A DNA stretch of 53,014 nt from Pseudomonadota bacterium (GCA_040387495.1 JAZKDQ010000008.1:62001-115014), one strand, 5' to 3'; positions 9,583 to 19,436 are shown, counted from the stretch's first letter. A program made the numbers and translations. Notes: generated from the sequence alone by a model not told the origin.

Positions 9583-11400
9583 TCACTTGGTTTGCGATAC
9601 GACAAGATATACACCATTTTCAGATGTAACTTCCTTAAACCTGATTCCTGGGTTATCATTTTTTAAATGTATAAATGAATTATCACGTACAAAAATCCAA
9701 ATTGGTGTTTTATTAGTTTCTAATCGTTTCTTAAAATCCTCACGTGACATCATCCATGAACGTGTGTCTTCAATGGTTGTGCCAAATTCCAACTCACCTT
9801 TTGTATCAACGACCGTTACAATTTCATTTGCATAAACAGGGAGATCTTGAAAGTAGGCCATATAGCTGGCTAACGGTTCACCTGTTTTTCTGCTGGATAA
9901 TGCTTTCTGCACAAGTGTGTTGAGTGATGGTCGCTGAATATGGGGTGATGCAGGGATTAGTACAAGCAATATGGCCAATGTAGAAATGGCAATGCCGCAT
10001 AAACGTGTTTTTAAATCATTAAAAATAATGTTTATTTTCTTTAATTTAACATGTTTTGTAAAATTATTTAATATTAACGAAAAAATAAGAAACGGTATTA
10101 ATATAATATCAGTAAATGGATTGTAAAAATTAAGTATTCCAAGAGAGAAGTAACATAAAGAAAGAATATTAAATAAATTAAATTTTTCAGCAAAAAATGC
10201 AATAAATATAAAACAAATTATCAAATATTTTATGTAAGGTAGCAATAATACTTTAGTCGTCATGATTTCTGGAAAGAAATAACTTGATATGTATGCGCCC
10301 ACAGCACAAATAAGGGCAAGAATATTAATAATTTTTAACGGTATTTTAGCACGTGATTGATCATTCAGGCAGGTATGAATTTCATTACCAAGCAATAATG
10401 CTATTGGTGGGAATAGGGGAAGTATATAAGGGATTAATTTTGATTGTGATATTGAAAAGAAGACAAAAACAAAAGCAGCCCAAATTAACAAAAATGCGTT
10501 CACATGCATGTATCGTTCACGAAATGCTTTTGCAAAAGCGGGGATAAAAAGTGCGCTCCATGGTATAAAGCCACCAATGATGATGGGGATAAAGAACCAA
10601 ACGGGTTGATGGCGTAAATGAATTTTTGTTGCATAACGTAACACGTGCTCAACAATAAAATATTTATAGGCAAACTCTGGTGTTTTAAGTGATGCTAATA
10701 TATGCCATGGGGCAGCAATGGCAAGAAATAATATAAGATTTGATGGCAAATAGGCGGGGAAAATAGCACGCCAGCGACGACTGTAAGTAGCCCATAAAAT
10801 GATAACTACGCCAGGTACAGCAAGCGCCATAATACCTTTTGTGAGAACGCCTAAAGCACAAAAAACTGTGAATAAGGCATAAAATATACGACGTTTTTCT
10901 CCTGTTGTTTCTTGTTGTGCTATGTAAAAACAAAAAAGGCTAAGCGTTACAAAAAGGCTAACGGCCATATCCAAAATAATAAGACGTGACATGACGAAAT
11001 AAATGCAGGACGAACCTAAAATGAATGCTGAGTAAAGCGCGACTTGACGATTAAATACGCGCTGTCCAAAGGCATATGTGCTAAGAATTCCTGTAAGGCC
11101 AAATAATACAATTGGCAGGCGCATCACCCATTCTTTAAGGCCAAAAGCATATTGAAATGCTGCTTCAATCCAGTAAAGAAGAGGGGGCTTTTCAAAATAT
11201 TTTACACCGTTAAGCCGCGGCGTTATCCAATCACCTGTTGCCAGCATTTCACGTGGAATTTCAACGTACCGTGCTTCATCAGGTGTGGCAAAAGGGCGAT
11301 TGCCAAGGAAAAGAAAATAGATAGGCGCGAACAAAAGGGTTAGCCAGAAAAGGTCCATCCAAAAAGCACGTGTTTCTGTTTGTTTTATTTTATTAAGCAT
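9583..11400 (-). CDS. ArnT-like lipid-carrier-dependent glycosyltransferase (GT-C fold)
   Basis: PDEARYVEIPREM, YFEKPPLLYW, LTKG, SKLIPYILP; many TMs. Confidence 0.88.
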   Translation of the reverse strand: MLNKIKQTETRAFWMDLFWLTLLFAPIYFLFLGNRPFATPDEARYVEIPREMLATGDWITPRLNGVKYFEKPPLLYWIEAAFQYAFGLKEWVMRLPIVLFGLTGILSTYAFGQRVFNRQVALYSAFILGSSCIYFVMSRLIILDMAVSLFVTLSLFCFYIAQQETTGEKRRIFYALFTVFCALGVLTKGIMALAVPGVVIILWATYSRRWRAIFPAYLPSNLILFLAIAAPWHILASLKTPEFAYKYFIVEHVLRYATKIHLRHQPVWFFIPIIIGGFIPWSALFIPAFAKAFRERYMHVNAFLLIWAAFVFVFFSISQSKLIPYILPLFPPIALLLGNEIHTCLNDQSRAKIPLKIINILALICAVGAYISSYFFPEIMTTKVLLLPYIKYLIICFIFIAFFAEKFNLFNILSLCYFSLGILNFYNPFTDIILIPFLIFSLILNNFTKHVKLKKINIIFNDLKTRLCGIAISTLAILLVLIPASPHIQRPSLNTLVQKALSSRKTGEPLASYMAYFQDLPVYANEIVTVVDTKGELEFGTTIEDTRSWMMSREDFKKRLETNKTPIWIFVRDNSFIHLKNDNPGIRFKEVTSENGVYLVVSQTK

Positions 11401-11433
11401 GAAGCAATTTTTTTAAGATCTGATTGTACTAAC

Positions 11434-12786
11434 TTACTTAAGATCAAGGCCATATGCACGCGCAAAAATCTCGATAGGATGCATTTTTTGAAAATCACCT
11501 GTTGATCCACCAGGATTCTGTGATTTAGCGATGCCTTGACGAATATGTTCTGCAGCAAGAGGGCACTCAGATGAAAAGATTGGATTGCCCTTTTGAACGA
11601 TTTGTTTAACGGCTGGCGCACCTACTTTTAGGGCTAGTTCAAAATTATCTTCCATCATGCCCCATGTACCGCCATGTCCAGAACAACGTTCAATGACTTG
11701 TACATCAGTTTCTGGAATGAGTCTGAGCATTTCAGCAGCTTTAGCGCCAATATTTTGCGCACGTGCATGACATGCCAAGTGAAGAGTCACATCTTGCCCA
11801 AGAGCAGAGAGTCCTGGCGTTAGTCCAAACTGTGTTGCAAGAGATACAATATATTCCGAAATATCTTTTGTGTTTGATTTTAATTTTTGAATAGTTGCAT
11901 CACCTGGCTGCATAAGTGGCCATTCACTTTTCATCATGAGAGAGCATGACGGCACTAGTGAGATGATTGCATAGCCATCATCAATAAAAGGTTCGAAAAA
12001 GGCAGCGATGCGTTCACCACTTGCGGCGACACGAGGAATATTGCCAAGTTCAAGCTGTGGCATGCCGCAACACCCTGGGTATTCGACGCGAACGTCAACA
12101 CCAAGATGCCCTAGGATTTTTGTGGCTAAAAGGCCTATTTGTGTTTCGTTATAGTTACCATAGCAGGTCGCATACAGGACGGCTTTTTGTCCAAATGCGG
12201 GACCATTTTTATTAATTGTAACAGGCACATCTTTTAATTGCCGCACCAGCGTTGTATTAGAAAACTTTGGGATACTGGCGTTTTTATCAATATGCGTGAG
12301 CTTTTGTAAAAGAGGTCTGGCGATTGAATCTTCTTTGTTAATAGCATTTACAATTGGTGCTACAAGGCCAAGCATGGCTGAATTTCGATCAACTTCTGCG
12401 AGTTGTTCCTTAGCGAAAGGAACTTGTTTTTCTGCAAATTGGTAGGCTTTATAACGCAGCATAAGATGAGGAAAATCAATATTGAATTCATGCGGTGGCA
12501 CATACGGACACTTTGTCATAAAGCACATGTCGCATAAGGTGCAATCGTCTACTACAGCAGCAAAGTCATCGGTTGATACGCTATCAAGTTCACCAGTTTT
12601 GCTATCGTCAACCAGATCAAATAATTTTGGGAATGATCCACATAAATTGAAACAACGACGGCAACCATGGCACACATCAAATTGACGTTCCATTTCCTTA
12701 TCAAGAGATTCTTTATTCAAGAAATCTGGATTTTCCCAATTAAGGGGATGGCGTGTTGGTGCGCCAAGGCTGCCTTCGCGTTTCAT
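11434..12786 (-). CDS. Fe-S oxidoreductase (GlpC/heterodisulfide-reductase-like, CCG domains), rubrerythrin-associated
   Basis: MKREGSLGAPTRH, CHGCRRCFNLC, CTLCDMCFMTKCPY, CCGMP, CSGHGG. Confidence 0.88.
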   Translation of the reverse strand: MKREGSLGAPTRHPLNWENPDFLNKESLDKEMERQFDVCHGCRRCFNLCGSFPKLFDLVDDSKTGELDSVSTDDFAAVVDDCTLCDMCFMTKCPYVPPHEFNIDFPHLMLRYKAYQFAEKQVPFAKEQLAEVDRNSAMLGLVAPIVNAINKEDSIARPLLQKLTHIDKNASIPKFSNTTLVRQLKDVPVTINKNGPAFGQKAVLYATCYGNYNETQIGLLATKILGHLGVDVRVEYPGCCGMPQLELGNIPRVAASGERIAAFFEPFIDDGYAIISLVPSCSLMMKSEWPLMQPGDATIQKLKSNTKDISEYIVSLATQFGLTPGLSALGQDVTLHLACHARAQNIGAKAAEMLRLIPETDVQVIERCSGHGGTWGMMEDNFELALKVGAPAVKQIVQKGNPIFSSECPLAAEHIRQGIAKSQNPGGSTGDFQKMHPIEIFARAYGLDLK

Positions 12787-12803
12787 ACGTGCATCAATCT
12801 GCG

Positions 12804-13229
12804 TTATTCAACTTGAAGGATATCAAGTGCTTTTTGGAAACGACCAGCATGAGATTTTTCAGCTTTTGCAAGTGTTTCAAACCAATCTGCAATTTCATCA
12901 AAGCCTTCTTCACGTGCATTTTTTGCCATGCTTGGATACATGTCTGTATATTCATGTGTTTCGCCAGCAATTGCTGCTTTCAGGTTTTGTACGCTATTGC
13001 CAATAGGAAGGCCTGTTGCAGGATCACCAACAGATTCTAGGAACTCAAGATGTCCGTGGGCATGGCCAGTTTCACCTTCGGCAGTGGATCTGAAAACAGA
13101 AGCAACATCGTTGTGACCTTCTATATCTGCTTTTTGTGCGAAATAAAGGTAACGGCGATTTGCTTGCGATTCACCAGCAAATGCTGCCTTTAGATTTTCT
13201 TCTGTTTTTGAGCCTTTAAGCGTTGTCAT
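12804..13229 (-). CDS. rbr: Short rubrerythrin lacking the rubredoxin domain
   Basis: TEENLKAAFAGESQANRRY, EGETGHA, GETHEYTDMY, AEKSH; no C-terminal CxxC; ATG at 13229 follows an AAGGA SD. Confidence 0.92.
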   Translation of the reverse strand: MTTLKGSKTEENLKAAFAGESQANRRYLYFAQKADIEGHNDVASVFRSTAEGETGHAHGHLEFLESVGDPATGLPIGNSVQNLKAAIAGETHEYTDMYPSMAKNAREEGFDEIADWFETLAKAEKSHAGRFQKALDILQVE

Positions 13230-13293
13230 AAGGGGTCCTTTTGTCAAATGAAAGTTCATAATGGCTATACTATGACGATGAAGCAGCGGCGAG

Positions 13294-14154
13294 TCAAGAG
13301 GGGGGTGATTCAATTAATTTTTCAATTTTTTCAAAAACCAAAGAACGGGTTATATCACCTTTATCTAAATGCTTACTCAGTAAACGAAAGCCTTTTTCTT
13401 TTCCTAACCCGGGAACTGATTCAGCTTGGTCAAAGCCAATTTCAAAAATGATTTTAGTGCTTGGTTTGCATAAAATGGGCAACTGATCAAATAATATTCG
13501 GTAAGCATCTAAGCCATCAAAGCCTGCAAACAAAGCTTGTTTTGGATCATATAGTGCTACCGATGGATCGAGTGGATAATCATCTGTGATGTAGGGAGGA
13601 TTTGAAATTATACCGTCAAATGTGCCAGCAACATTTGCACACCAATTACTTAGGCAAAATTGCATTCGATCAGCCACACCATGTTGCATGGCATTTTCCT
13701 TTGCGATCGTAAGTGCTTTTGGGCATATATCAACAGCAACACCTGTTGCGTGCGGTAGTTCCAAAAGTAGTGTGATGAGTAAGCAGCCTGTTCCCGTACC
13801 TAAATCAAGTAAATGAGGAGCTGAATCTATTGTAAAATATGGCAGCATAGTTTCAATAAGTGTTTCAGAATCAGCTCTGGGATCAAGCGTATCATGTGTT
13901 GTTTTAAACATACGACCGTAGAATTCTTGTTCTTCTAGGATCTTGGAAATTGGTTCCTGGGATAATAGACGCATAAGCCCTGACTCTATTTTCTGCTGCT
14001 GCTCATGAGTTAACATTGCAAGGTCCAGAAGTCTGACATCTGTTTCAATGCTGAGGCCTTTTAGCAACCAATTGATAAGTCGGGCAGGGGTTGTATTTGC
14101 TGCTTTTGCAGCTGCATCAAGGTTAACCACCCATGATTTAAAATAATCATCCAT
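13294..14154 (-). CDS. prmC: Release-factor glutamine N5-methyltransferase
   Basis: TLDPRADSETL, LDLGTGTGC, SNPPY, DGLDAYR, EIGFDQ. Confidence 0.92.
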   Translation of the reverse strand: MDDYFKSWVVNLDAAAKAANTTPARLINWLLKGLSIETDVRLLDLAMLTHEQQQKIESGLMRLLSQEPISKILEEQEFYGRMFKTTHDTLDPRADSETLIETMLPYFTIDSAPHLLDLGTGTGCLLITLLLELPHATGVAVDICPKALTIAKENAMQHGVADRMQFCLSNWCANVAGTFDGIISNPPYITDDYPLDPSVALYDPKQALFAGFDGLDAYRILFDQLPILCKPSTKIIFEIGFDQAESVPGLGKEKGFRLLSKHLDKGDITRSLVFEKIEKLIESPPS

Positions 14155-14992
14155 GCTTTAGTATCGATAATTGTAAATATTGATCTGGGGTTAAATTTTC
14201 AGGGCGTTGATCACCCGTTGCGCCAACTTTTTCAAGCATCGCCAATGTATCATCTCCAAAGATGGCTTTTAAGGGGCCTTTGATTTGCTTTCGGCGTTGA
14301 TGAAATACTGCCTGAGTGATTTGTTCGAGGATTGGCAATAATCGCAAATAGGCACCTGCACCCGGTTTTGGTTGTAAATGAATAACACTTGATTCAATTT
14401 TAGGCGCTGGCGTGAATGCGTGAGGGGGCAAATCAAATCCATGTTCTACGGTGCATAAAATTTGTGCAATGATTGAAAGACGCCCATATTCACCAGAACT
14501 TGGATTTGATGCTATTCGTTGCGCGACCTCTTTTTGAAACATTAACGTCATTGATCCAATGGCGGGTAATTGATGTAGCCAGCGTACAAGCAATTCAGTG
14601 CCAATGTTGTAAGGAAGGTTGGCTACAATGTGAATAGGTTTGTGAAGATCCTCTGATACAAGGCTGGTCAATTCAATGTTCAAGGCATCACCCTCGATCA
14701 ACTGAAAATTAGTATAAGCATCTTTAAGATAGGACAATGCCTTTATGCACAAAGGGTCATATTCAATGGCAATTAAACGTGCTGGTGATTTATCTAACAG
14801 CGCGCGCGTTAATCCACCTGGGCCTGGTCCAACTTCCAACACAAGAGCATCTTTTGGCAAGCGTGCAAAAGTTGCAATACGTGCGGTAATTGTTTCATCA
14901 AATAGAAAGTTTTGCCCATATTTCTTTGTATATTTTTTGTCAGGCAATAATCCGTATTTATCGACGATTGAGCGAATTGGTGGAAATGCCAT
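14147..14992 (-). CDS. rsmA: 16S rRNA m6,2A1518/1519 dimethyltransferase
   Basis: GQNFL, EVGPGPGGLT, VANLPYNI, MFQKEVA, YGRLS. Confidence 0.95.
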   Translation of the reverse strand: MAFPPIRSIVDKYGLLPDKKYTKKYGQNFLFDETITARIATFARLPKDALVLEVGPGPGGLTRALLDKSPARLIAIEYDPLCIKALSYLKDAYTNFQLIEGDALNIELTSLVSEDLHKPIHIVANLPYNIGTELLVRWLHQLPAIGSMTLMFQKEVAQRIASNPSSGEYGRLSIIAQILCTVEHGFDLPPHAFTPAPKIESSVIHLQPKPGAGAYLRLLPILEQITQAVFHQRRKQIKGPLKAIFGDDTLAMLEKVGATGDQRPENLTPDQYLQLSILKHG

Positions 14993-15180
14993 GGGTAAAC
15001 CTTTACGTATATGATTTGTGGTTAAGTAAATTATTTTCTTTGCATTAAGATATACCATATTAGCAGTGTTTTAAAACATGTAATCAGTATCAGTTGCGCG
15101 CTTCAATTTAACAAATGTATTGTGAAGAATAATAAAATATGGTATTTTGAGTTAATTTTATTCAACATGAGGTGTTAATT

Positions 15181-16191
15181 ATGGACTTAATATTTTATTT
15201 ACTACCAGTACTTCTTATAGTTATTTTTATATCGCAAGCAATACGCGTTGTGCCACAGGGTTATGAATTCACCGTAGAACGTTTTGGTCGGTATACGCAT
15301 ACATTACGACCTGGATTACACATATTGAAACCTTTCATAGAACGAATAGGCGCCAAAGTAAGCGTGATGGAGACTGTACTCGAAGTGCCTTCACAAGACG
15401 TGATCACCAGGGATAACGCGGCAGTTACGGTTGATGGTATCGTATTTTTCCAAATTATGGACGTGTCAAAGTCTGTTTATGAAGTGGCCAATATTAAAGT
15501 TGCAATTTTAGCGATGACAATGACCAATATCCGTACGGTTATGGGATCAATGGATTTGGATGAATTGCTTTCTCAGCGTGGCGCAATTAATGCACGCTTG
15601 CTTGGTGTTGTTGATGATGCAACCAGCCCTTGGGGTCTTAAGGTGACACGTATCGAAATTAAAGATATCCGCCCACCACGTGATTTGGTCGAATCTATGG
15701 GGCGCCAAATGAAAGCTGAACGTGACAAGCGTGCAACAATTCTAGAGGCTGAAGGTGAACGTCAATCAGCTGTATTAAAGGCTGAAGGTGCGCGTCAATC
15801 AGCGATTTTAGAGGCTGAAGGCGAAAAACAATCAATGATCCTAGAGGCTGAAGGTAAACGTGAAATGGCATACCGTGAAGCTGAAGGTCGTGAACGTTTA
15901 GCTGAAGCAGAAGCAAGTGCCACACGAGTACTATCACAAGCTATTGGTGAAGGTAATCAGCAAGCGCTTAATTATTTTATCGCTCAAAAGTATGTAGAGG
16001 CCTTAAAAGGCATTGCAGTATCACCAAATCAGAAAGTACTTATGATGCCACTTGATACGGCAAATATTATGGGAAGTATTGCTGGTATCGCTGAGCTATT
16101 ATCAAAAGGTGATACAGCTGGCACAACAACTACTATTAAATCATCACCACCAACAAGAACTCCACCAACAAGAACACCGCGGACACCTTAA
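15181..16191 (+). CDS. SPFH/band-7 (stomatin-like, QmcA-type) membrane protein
   Basis: N-terminal TM, ERFGRY, QDVITRDNA, QMKAERDKRA, repeated ILEAEG coiled-coil units; GAGGTG SD before ATG 15181. Confidence 0.92.
   Translation: MDLIFYLLPVLLIVIFISQAIRVVPQGYEFTVERFGRYTHTLRPGLHILKPFIERIGAKVSVMETVLEVPSQDVITRDNAAVTVDGIVFFQIMDVSKSVYEVANIKVAILAMTMTNIRTVMGSMDLDELLSQRGAINARLLGVVDDATSPWGLKVTRIEIKDIRPPRDLVESMGRQMKAERDKRATILEAEGERQSAVLKAEGARQSAILEAEGEKQSMILEAEGKREMAYREAEGRERLAEAEASATRVLSQAIGEGNQQALNYFIAQKYVEALKGIAVSPNQKVLMMPLDTANIMGSIAGIAELLSKGDTAGTTTTIKSSPPTRTPPTRTPRTP
16147..16188 (+). repeat. 15-bp tandem repeat encoding PPTRT-PPTRT-PRTP at the SPFH C-terminus
   Basis: ccaccaacaagaact / ccaccaacaagaaca / ccgcggacacct. 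Confidence 0.8.
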
Positions 16192-16236
16192 GTGCTGAGT
16201 TTTTCTTATATTAATAATAAAGAGAAGGTTTGAATA

Positions 16237-16722
16237 ATGCTAAATGAAATGTTTTTAAATCATATCGCTGTTTGGCAATGGTTCTTTGCTATTGGTGTTG
16301 TGTTGATGTTGCTTGAGTTATGCTTACCTGCCTTCTTTTTATTATGGCTTGGAATAGCGTGTTTATGTACTGCTGGAACTGTTGCTTTATTGGGGTTAGG
16401 AGTAATGGGGCAGCTATTATGTTTTTCTTGCTTTTCACTTGTCTCAATAACCGTTGGTTATTTATTTTATGCACGAAAGTCAGTACACAATCAATATCAG
16501 GCATCAGGAGATCTTAATAATCGCACAGAACAGCTTGTAGGGCAGTTGCTAACATTAGAGCAACCAATTCCTGCTGGTAATGGCGAGCATGCCAAGTGTT
16601 ATATAGCAATTAATGATACGCGCTGGTCTGTACGTAGTATGAATGCAATTGCTATCGATAGCTATACACAAGTCCGTGTGGTTTCTATCAAAGGGAACAC
16701 GTTATTGGTAGATTTTGTTTAA
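16237..16722 (+). CDS. NfeD-like C-terminal domain protein (YbbJ-type)
   Basis: Hydrophobic N-half, LNNRTEQLVG, NDTRW, VRVV.IKGNTL.V; canonical partner of SPFH genes. Confidence 0.85.
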   Translation: MLNEMFLNHIAVWQWFFAIGVVLMLLELCLPAFFLLWLGIACLCTAGTVALLGLGVMGQLLCFSCFSLVSITVGYLFYARKSVHNQYQASGDLNNRTEQLVGQLLTLEQPIPAGNGEHAKCYIAINDTRWSVRSMNAIAIDSYTQVRVVSIKGNTLLVDFV

Positions 16723-16777
16723 GAACTATTTTGAACACATCCTGATAACAAGACGCGAATGTTGGGTTAGTGTTAGT

Positions 16778-16907
16778 TATAGGCATCCCACTATAACTTG
16801 ATTTTGGCGTTGATCGGCGGAAATCTGCGGTGCTCATCATTTCCTACAGTAAACTGCCCCTTCAATCCTTGATTGGCTTATACTCAAGCTATATGTGAAC
16901 AGCTCTA
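16778..16907. repeat. Degenerate palindromic/MITE-like element
   Basis: Imperfect inverted arms tataacttga (16792-16801) and tcaagctata (16884-16893) around a GC-richer core gcggtgctca...gtaaactgc. Confidence 0.4.
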
Positions 16908-17058
16908 TCTGACAAAGCTGTATTGCTATGTGTTTTAATTGGCACTTTTAATCGGTATAAGAGATATAGAATTTCAAAATAAAGTTTACTAGCAATAAAA
17001 AAGCATTGCGTTTTTTGTATGGTTTTAGTATGTATTAATGAATAGAAAAGGAGTCAAA

Positions 17059-17502
17059 ATGACTGATGTATTAAATGTTTCCACCCTACTTGAACATACA
17101 AGTAGAATTGCGGCTGCATATGTCGCAAGCCAAAAAACCTCAATAGAAGATATTTCTCACGTAGTGGGGCGTATTTTCCAATCTCTTTCAGAGATTAGCC
17201 TTAATCCAGGTGGAATCGCTTCACGTGCTCCGGCAGCACCGGCGGTGCCAATTAACGAGTCAGTACATGATGAGTATATTGTTTGCCTTGAAGACGGAAA
17301 ACAACTCCAAATGTTGAAGCGTCACCTTAGTACTGTTTATGGTATGACATTGCAACAGTATAAAGATCGTTGGGAACTTCCACATGATTACCCAATGGTA
17401 TCACCAAGCTATGCACGTCGTCGTAGTGCGATTGCAAAGAATACAGGACTTGGTAAAACTGGTCGTAAAAAATCAAAACTTACAATCTTAAAAACAGCAT
17501 AA
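17059..17502 (+). CDS. mucR: MucR/Ros family transcriptional regulator
   Basis: PAVPINESV, YIVCLEDGK..MLKRHL, Y..RW.LP.DYPMV.P.YA..RS..AK..GLG; AGGAG SD before ATG 17059. Confidence 0.93.
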   Translation: MTDVLNVSTLLEHTSRIAAAYVASQKTSIEDISHVVGRIFQSLSEISLNPGGIASRAPAAPAVPINESVHDEYIVCLEDGKQLQMLKRHLSTVYGMTLQQYKDRWELPHDYPMVSPSYARRRSAIAKNTGLGKTGRKKSKLTILKTA

Positions 17503-17528
17503 TTTTTTTAATTAAATGAATGTTAAGT

Positions 17529-17562
17529 CGGTGATGTATTTACGTATATCATCGTTTTTTTT
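17529..17562 (+). terminator. Intrinsic terminator after mucR
   Basis: cggtgatgtat-ttac-gtatatcatcg stem (with G-U pairs) followed by T8. Confidence 0.65.
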
Positions 17563-17563
17563 A

Positions 17564-18739
17564 CTAACAGTGGTTGCCTGCGGCATACCCTGAAGACCAT
17601 GCCCATTGAAAATTGTAGCCCCCAAGCCATCCCGTTACATCAACAACTTCACCAATAAAATAAAGGCCTGGTACTTTTTTGCTCATCATTGTTTTTGATG
17701 AAAGTTCATTTGTATCAACGCCTCCCACGGTAACTTCTGCCTTTTGATAGCCTTCGCTGCCGCTGATTTTGACTTTTAAGTGGTGAAGTTTATCTGCGAT
17801 TTTTAAAAGGCTTTCTTTTTTTAGGTCTGTAATGCTTTTGTTGAAATCAGTATCCGTTGCTAAGTGATCAACCAATCGATTTGTAAGATATGCTTTTAAA
17901 TAATTTGCAGGTGTTTTTTTGCTGTTTTTATCAATCATAAATTGCTTTTTCAGATCGAGATCTGGCAATAAGTTAATGCTAATTTCTTTGTTGTCAAAAC
18001 TTTCCAAATACGATGAAATTTGCAAAATAGCAGGTCCGCTTAACCCTTTATGTGTAAATAAAATATTCTCAGCAAAGTGCGTGTTCTTATAAGAAGCAAT
18101 GGATGAGTTAGATACTCCACTAAGTTGCGTGAATAGATCTAGTTGAGATTGATCAACGATTAATGGAACCAATGCTGGACGTGTTGGCACAAGGTTTAAA
18201 TCAAATTTTTTTGCAATTCTGTAGCCAAAATCACTGGCACCTATTAGTGGAATGGATAGGCCGCCACACGCAACAATAAGTGAGTTGCTGGTAAATGTGC
18301 CATCACTGGTATGTGTGCGAAAATAGTCGCTTTTAGAAACGTCTGAAACATTGCATCCTGATTTAACCTCAACATTATTTCTTTCACATAAATCGAGGAG
18401 CATTGAAATTATTTGCTTTGATGATCCGTCACAAAAAAGCTGCCCCAATGTTTTTTCGTGATAGGCAATCCCATATGATTCAACGAGTGAAATAAAATCT
18501 TTGGGTGTATATCCTGCTAAAGCGGATACGATAAAGTATGGGTTTTGTGAAAGATAGTTTGCTTTGGTTGCATTGATGTTCGTAAAATTACAGCGTCCAC
18601 CACCAGAGATTCTTATTTTTTCGCCTATTTTATGCGTATGTTCAATAAGAAGCGTCTTCTTTCCTCTTTTGCCAGCACATGATGCAGCCATTAGGCCTGC
18701 CGCACCAGCGCCTATTATTATTACATCATAATGTGTCAT
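17564..18739 (-). CDS. HI0933/BaiN (YhiN) family flavoprotein
   Basis: IIGAGAAG, KIRISGGGRCNFTN, LFTHKGLSGP, GEVVDVTGWLGGYNFQWAWSSG. Confidence 0.93.
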   Translation of the reverse strand: MTHYDVIIIGAGAAGLMAASCAGKRGKKTLLIEHTHKIGEKIRISGGGRCNFTNINATKANYLSQNPYFIVSALAGYTPKDFISLVESYGIAYHEKTLGQLFCDGSSKQIISMLLDLCERNNVEVKSGCNVSDVSKSDYFRTHTSDGTFTSNSLIVACGGLSIPLIGASDFGYRIAKKFDLNLVPTRPALVPLIVDQSQLDLFTQLSGVSNSSIASYKNTHFAENILFTHKGLSGPAILQISSYLESFDNKEISINLLPDLDLKKQFMIDKNSKKTPANYLKAYLTNRLVDHLATDTDFNKSITDLKKESLLKIADKLHHLKVKISGSEGYQKAEVTVGGVDTNELSSKTMMSKKVPGLYFIGEVVDVTGWLGGYNFQWAWSSGYAAGNHC

Positions 18740-18917
18740 TGTTTTTTTATATCGTGGGTTGAGTTGTACTAGTTCTAATCGAGTTGAGATTATAACTCAA
18801 GTTTCCTTTTTCCTCATCAAGTTAACATTCATAGAATTAGAGAAAGTTTTGCATGGAATCCAGTGAACGAGAGTCACATTCTGGTTCTAGTTCGATATAT
18901 AAATCTATTTGAGAAAT

Positions 18918-18953
18918 AAAAAACCCACCTTCTTATGAAAGGTAGGTTTTTTT
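18918..18953. terminator. Intrinsic terminator, probably serving the DUF465 gene on the minus strand
   Basis: A6-cccaccttc-ttat-gaaaggtagg-T7 imperfect hairpin flanked by A and T tracts. Confidence 0.7.
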
Positions 18954-18974
18954 AAAAAATAATATTCAATATGA

Positions 18975-19205
18975 CTAAGCAATAATATCTGGTTGCAAAA
19001 TGCTATTCAGTTTTAGAATTTTGCTTTGCAATTGCTCTTTCTTGCGATTTAGCTGGTAGTGCCCAAAACTTAATGCACCCATGTTCACACGTGGGGTCGC
19101 TTGAATTTTTTCTTCAAGTTGATTCTTTTCTGATTGAAAATTTCTCAACTTTGACTGTAAATCTTTGAACGTTTCTACGTTAATAATCATTTTAACAAAC
19201 ACCAT
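18975..19205 (-). CDS. Small coiled-coil protein, DUF465/YdcH-like
   Basis: Coiled coil ending RKKEQLQSKILKLNSILQPDIIA; PDIIA is typical of alphaproteobacterial DUF465. Confidence 0.6.
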   Translation of the reverse strand: MVFVKMIINVETFKDLQSKLRNFQSEKNQLEEKIQATPRVNMGALSFGHYQLNRKKEQLQSKILKLNSILQPDIIA

Positions 19206-19436
19206 TTAAGTATTCCTATTCTATAAAATGGACTTTTTTTAGAAAAAATCAAGAGCAAAAGTAAAAAAATTGTTAACAAAATGCATTTTTTTTTATTTTT
19301 TCTTGTATTGAATCATAATAGGCGAGAGACTTCGGCTTAATTTATTATTGTATACACATTCCGCTAGCGATAAGAGTCTGTAAAAAGATCACGAAATCCC
19401 TTATAGTAGGTGTCAAAATACATAGCGAGAAAAATA

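Noticed and set aside
15735..15910. 33-bp periodic gctgaagg repeats
   Set aside because: They encode the usual ILEAEG coiled-coil units of QmcA-type SPFH proteins; coding, not a CRISPR array
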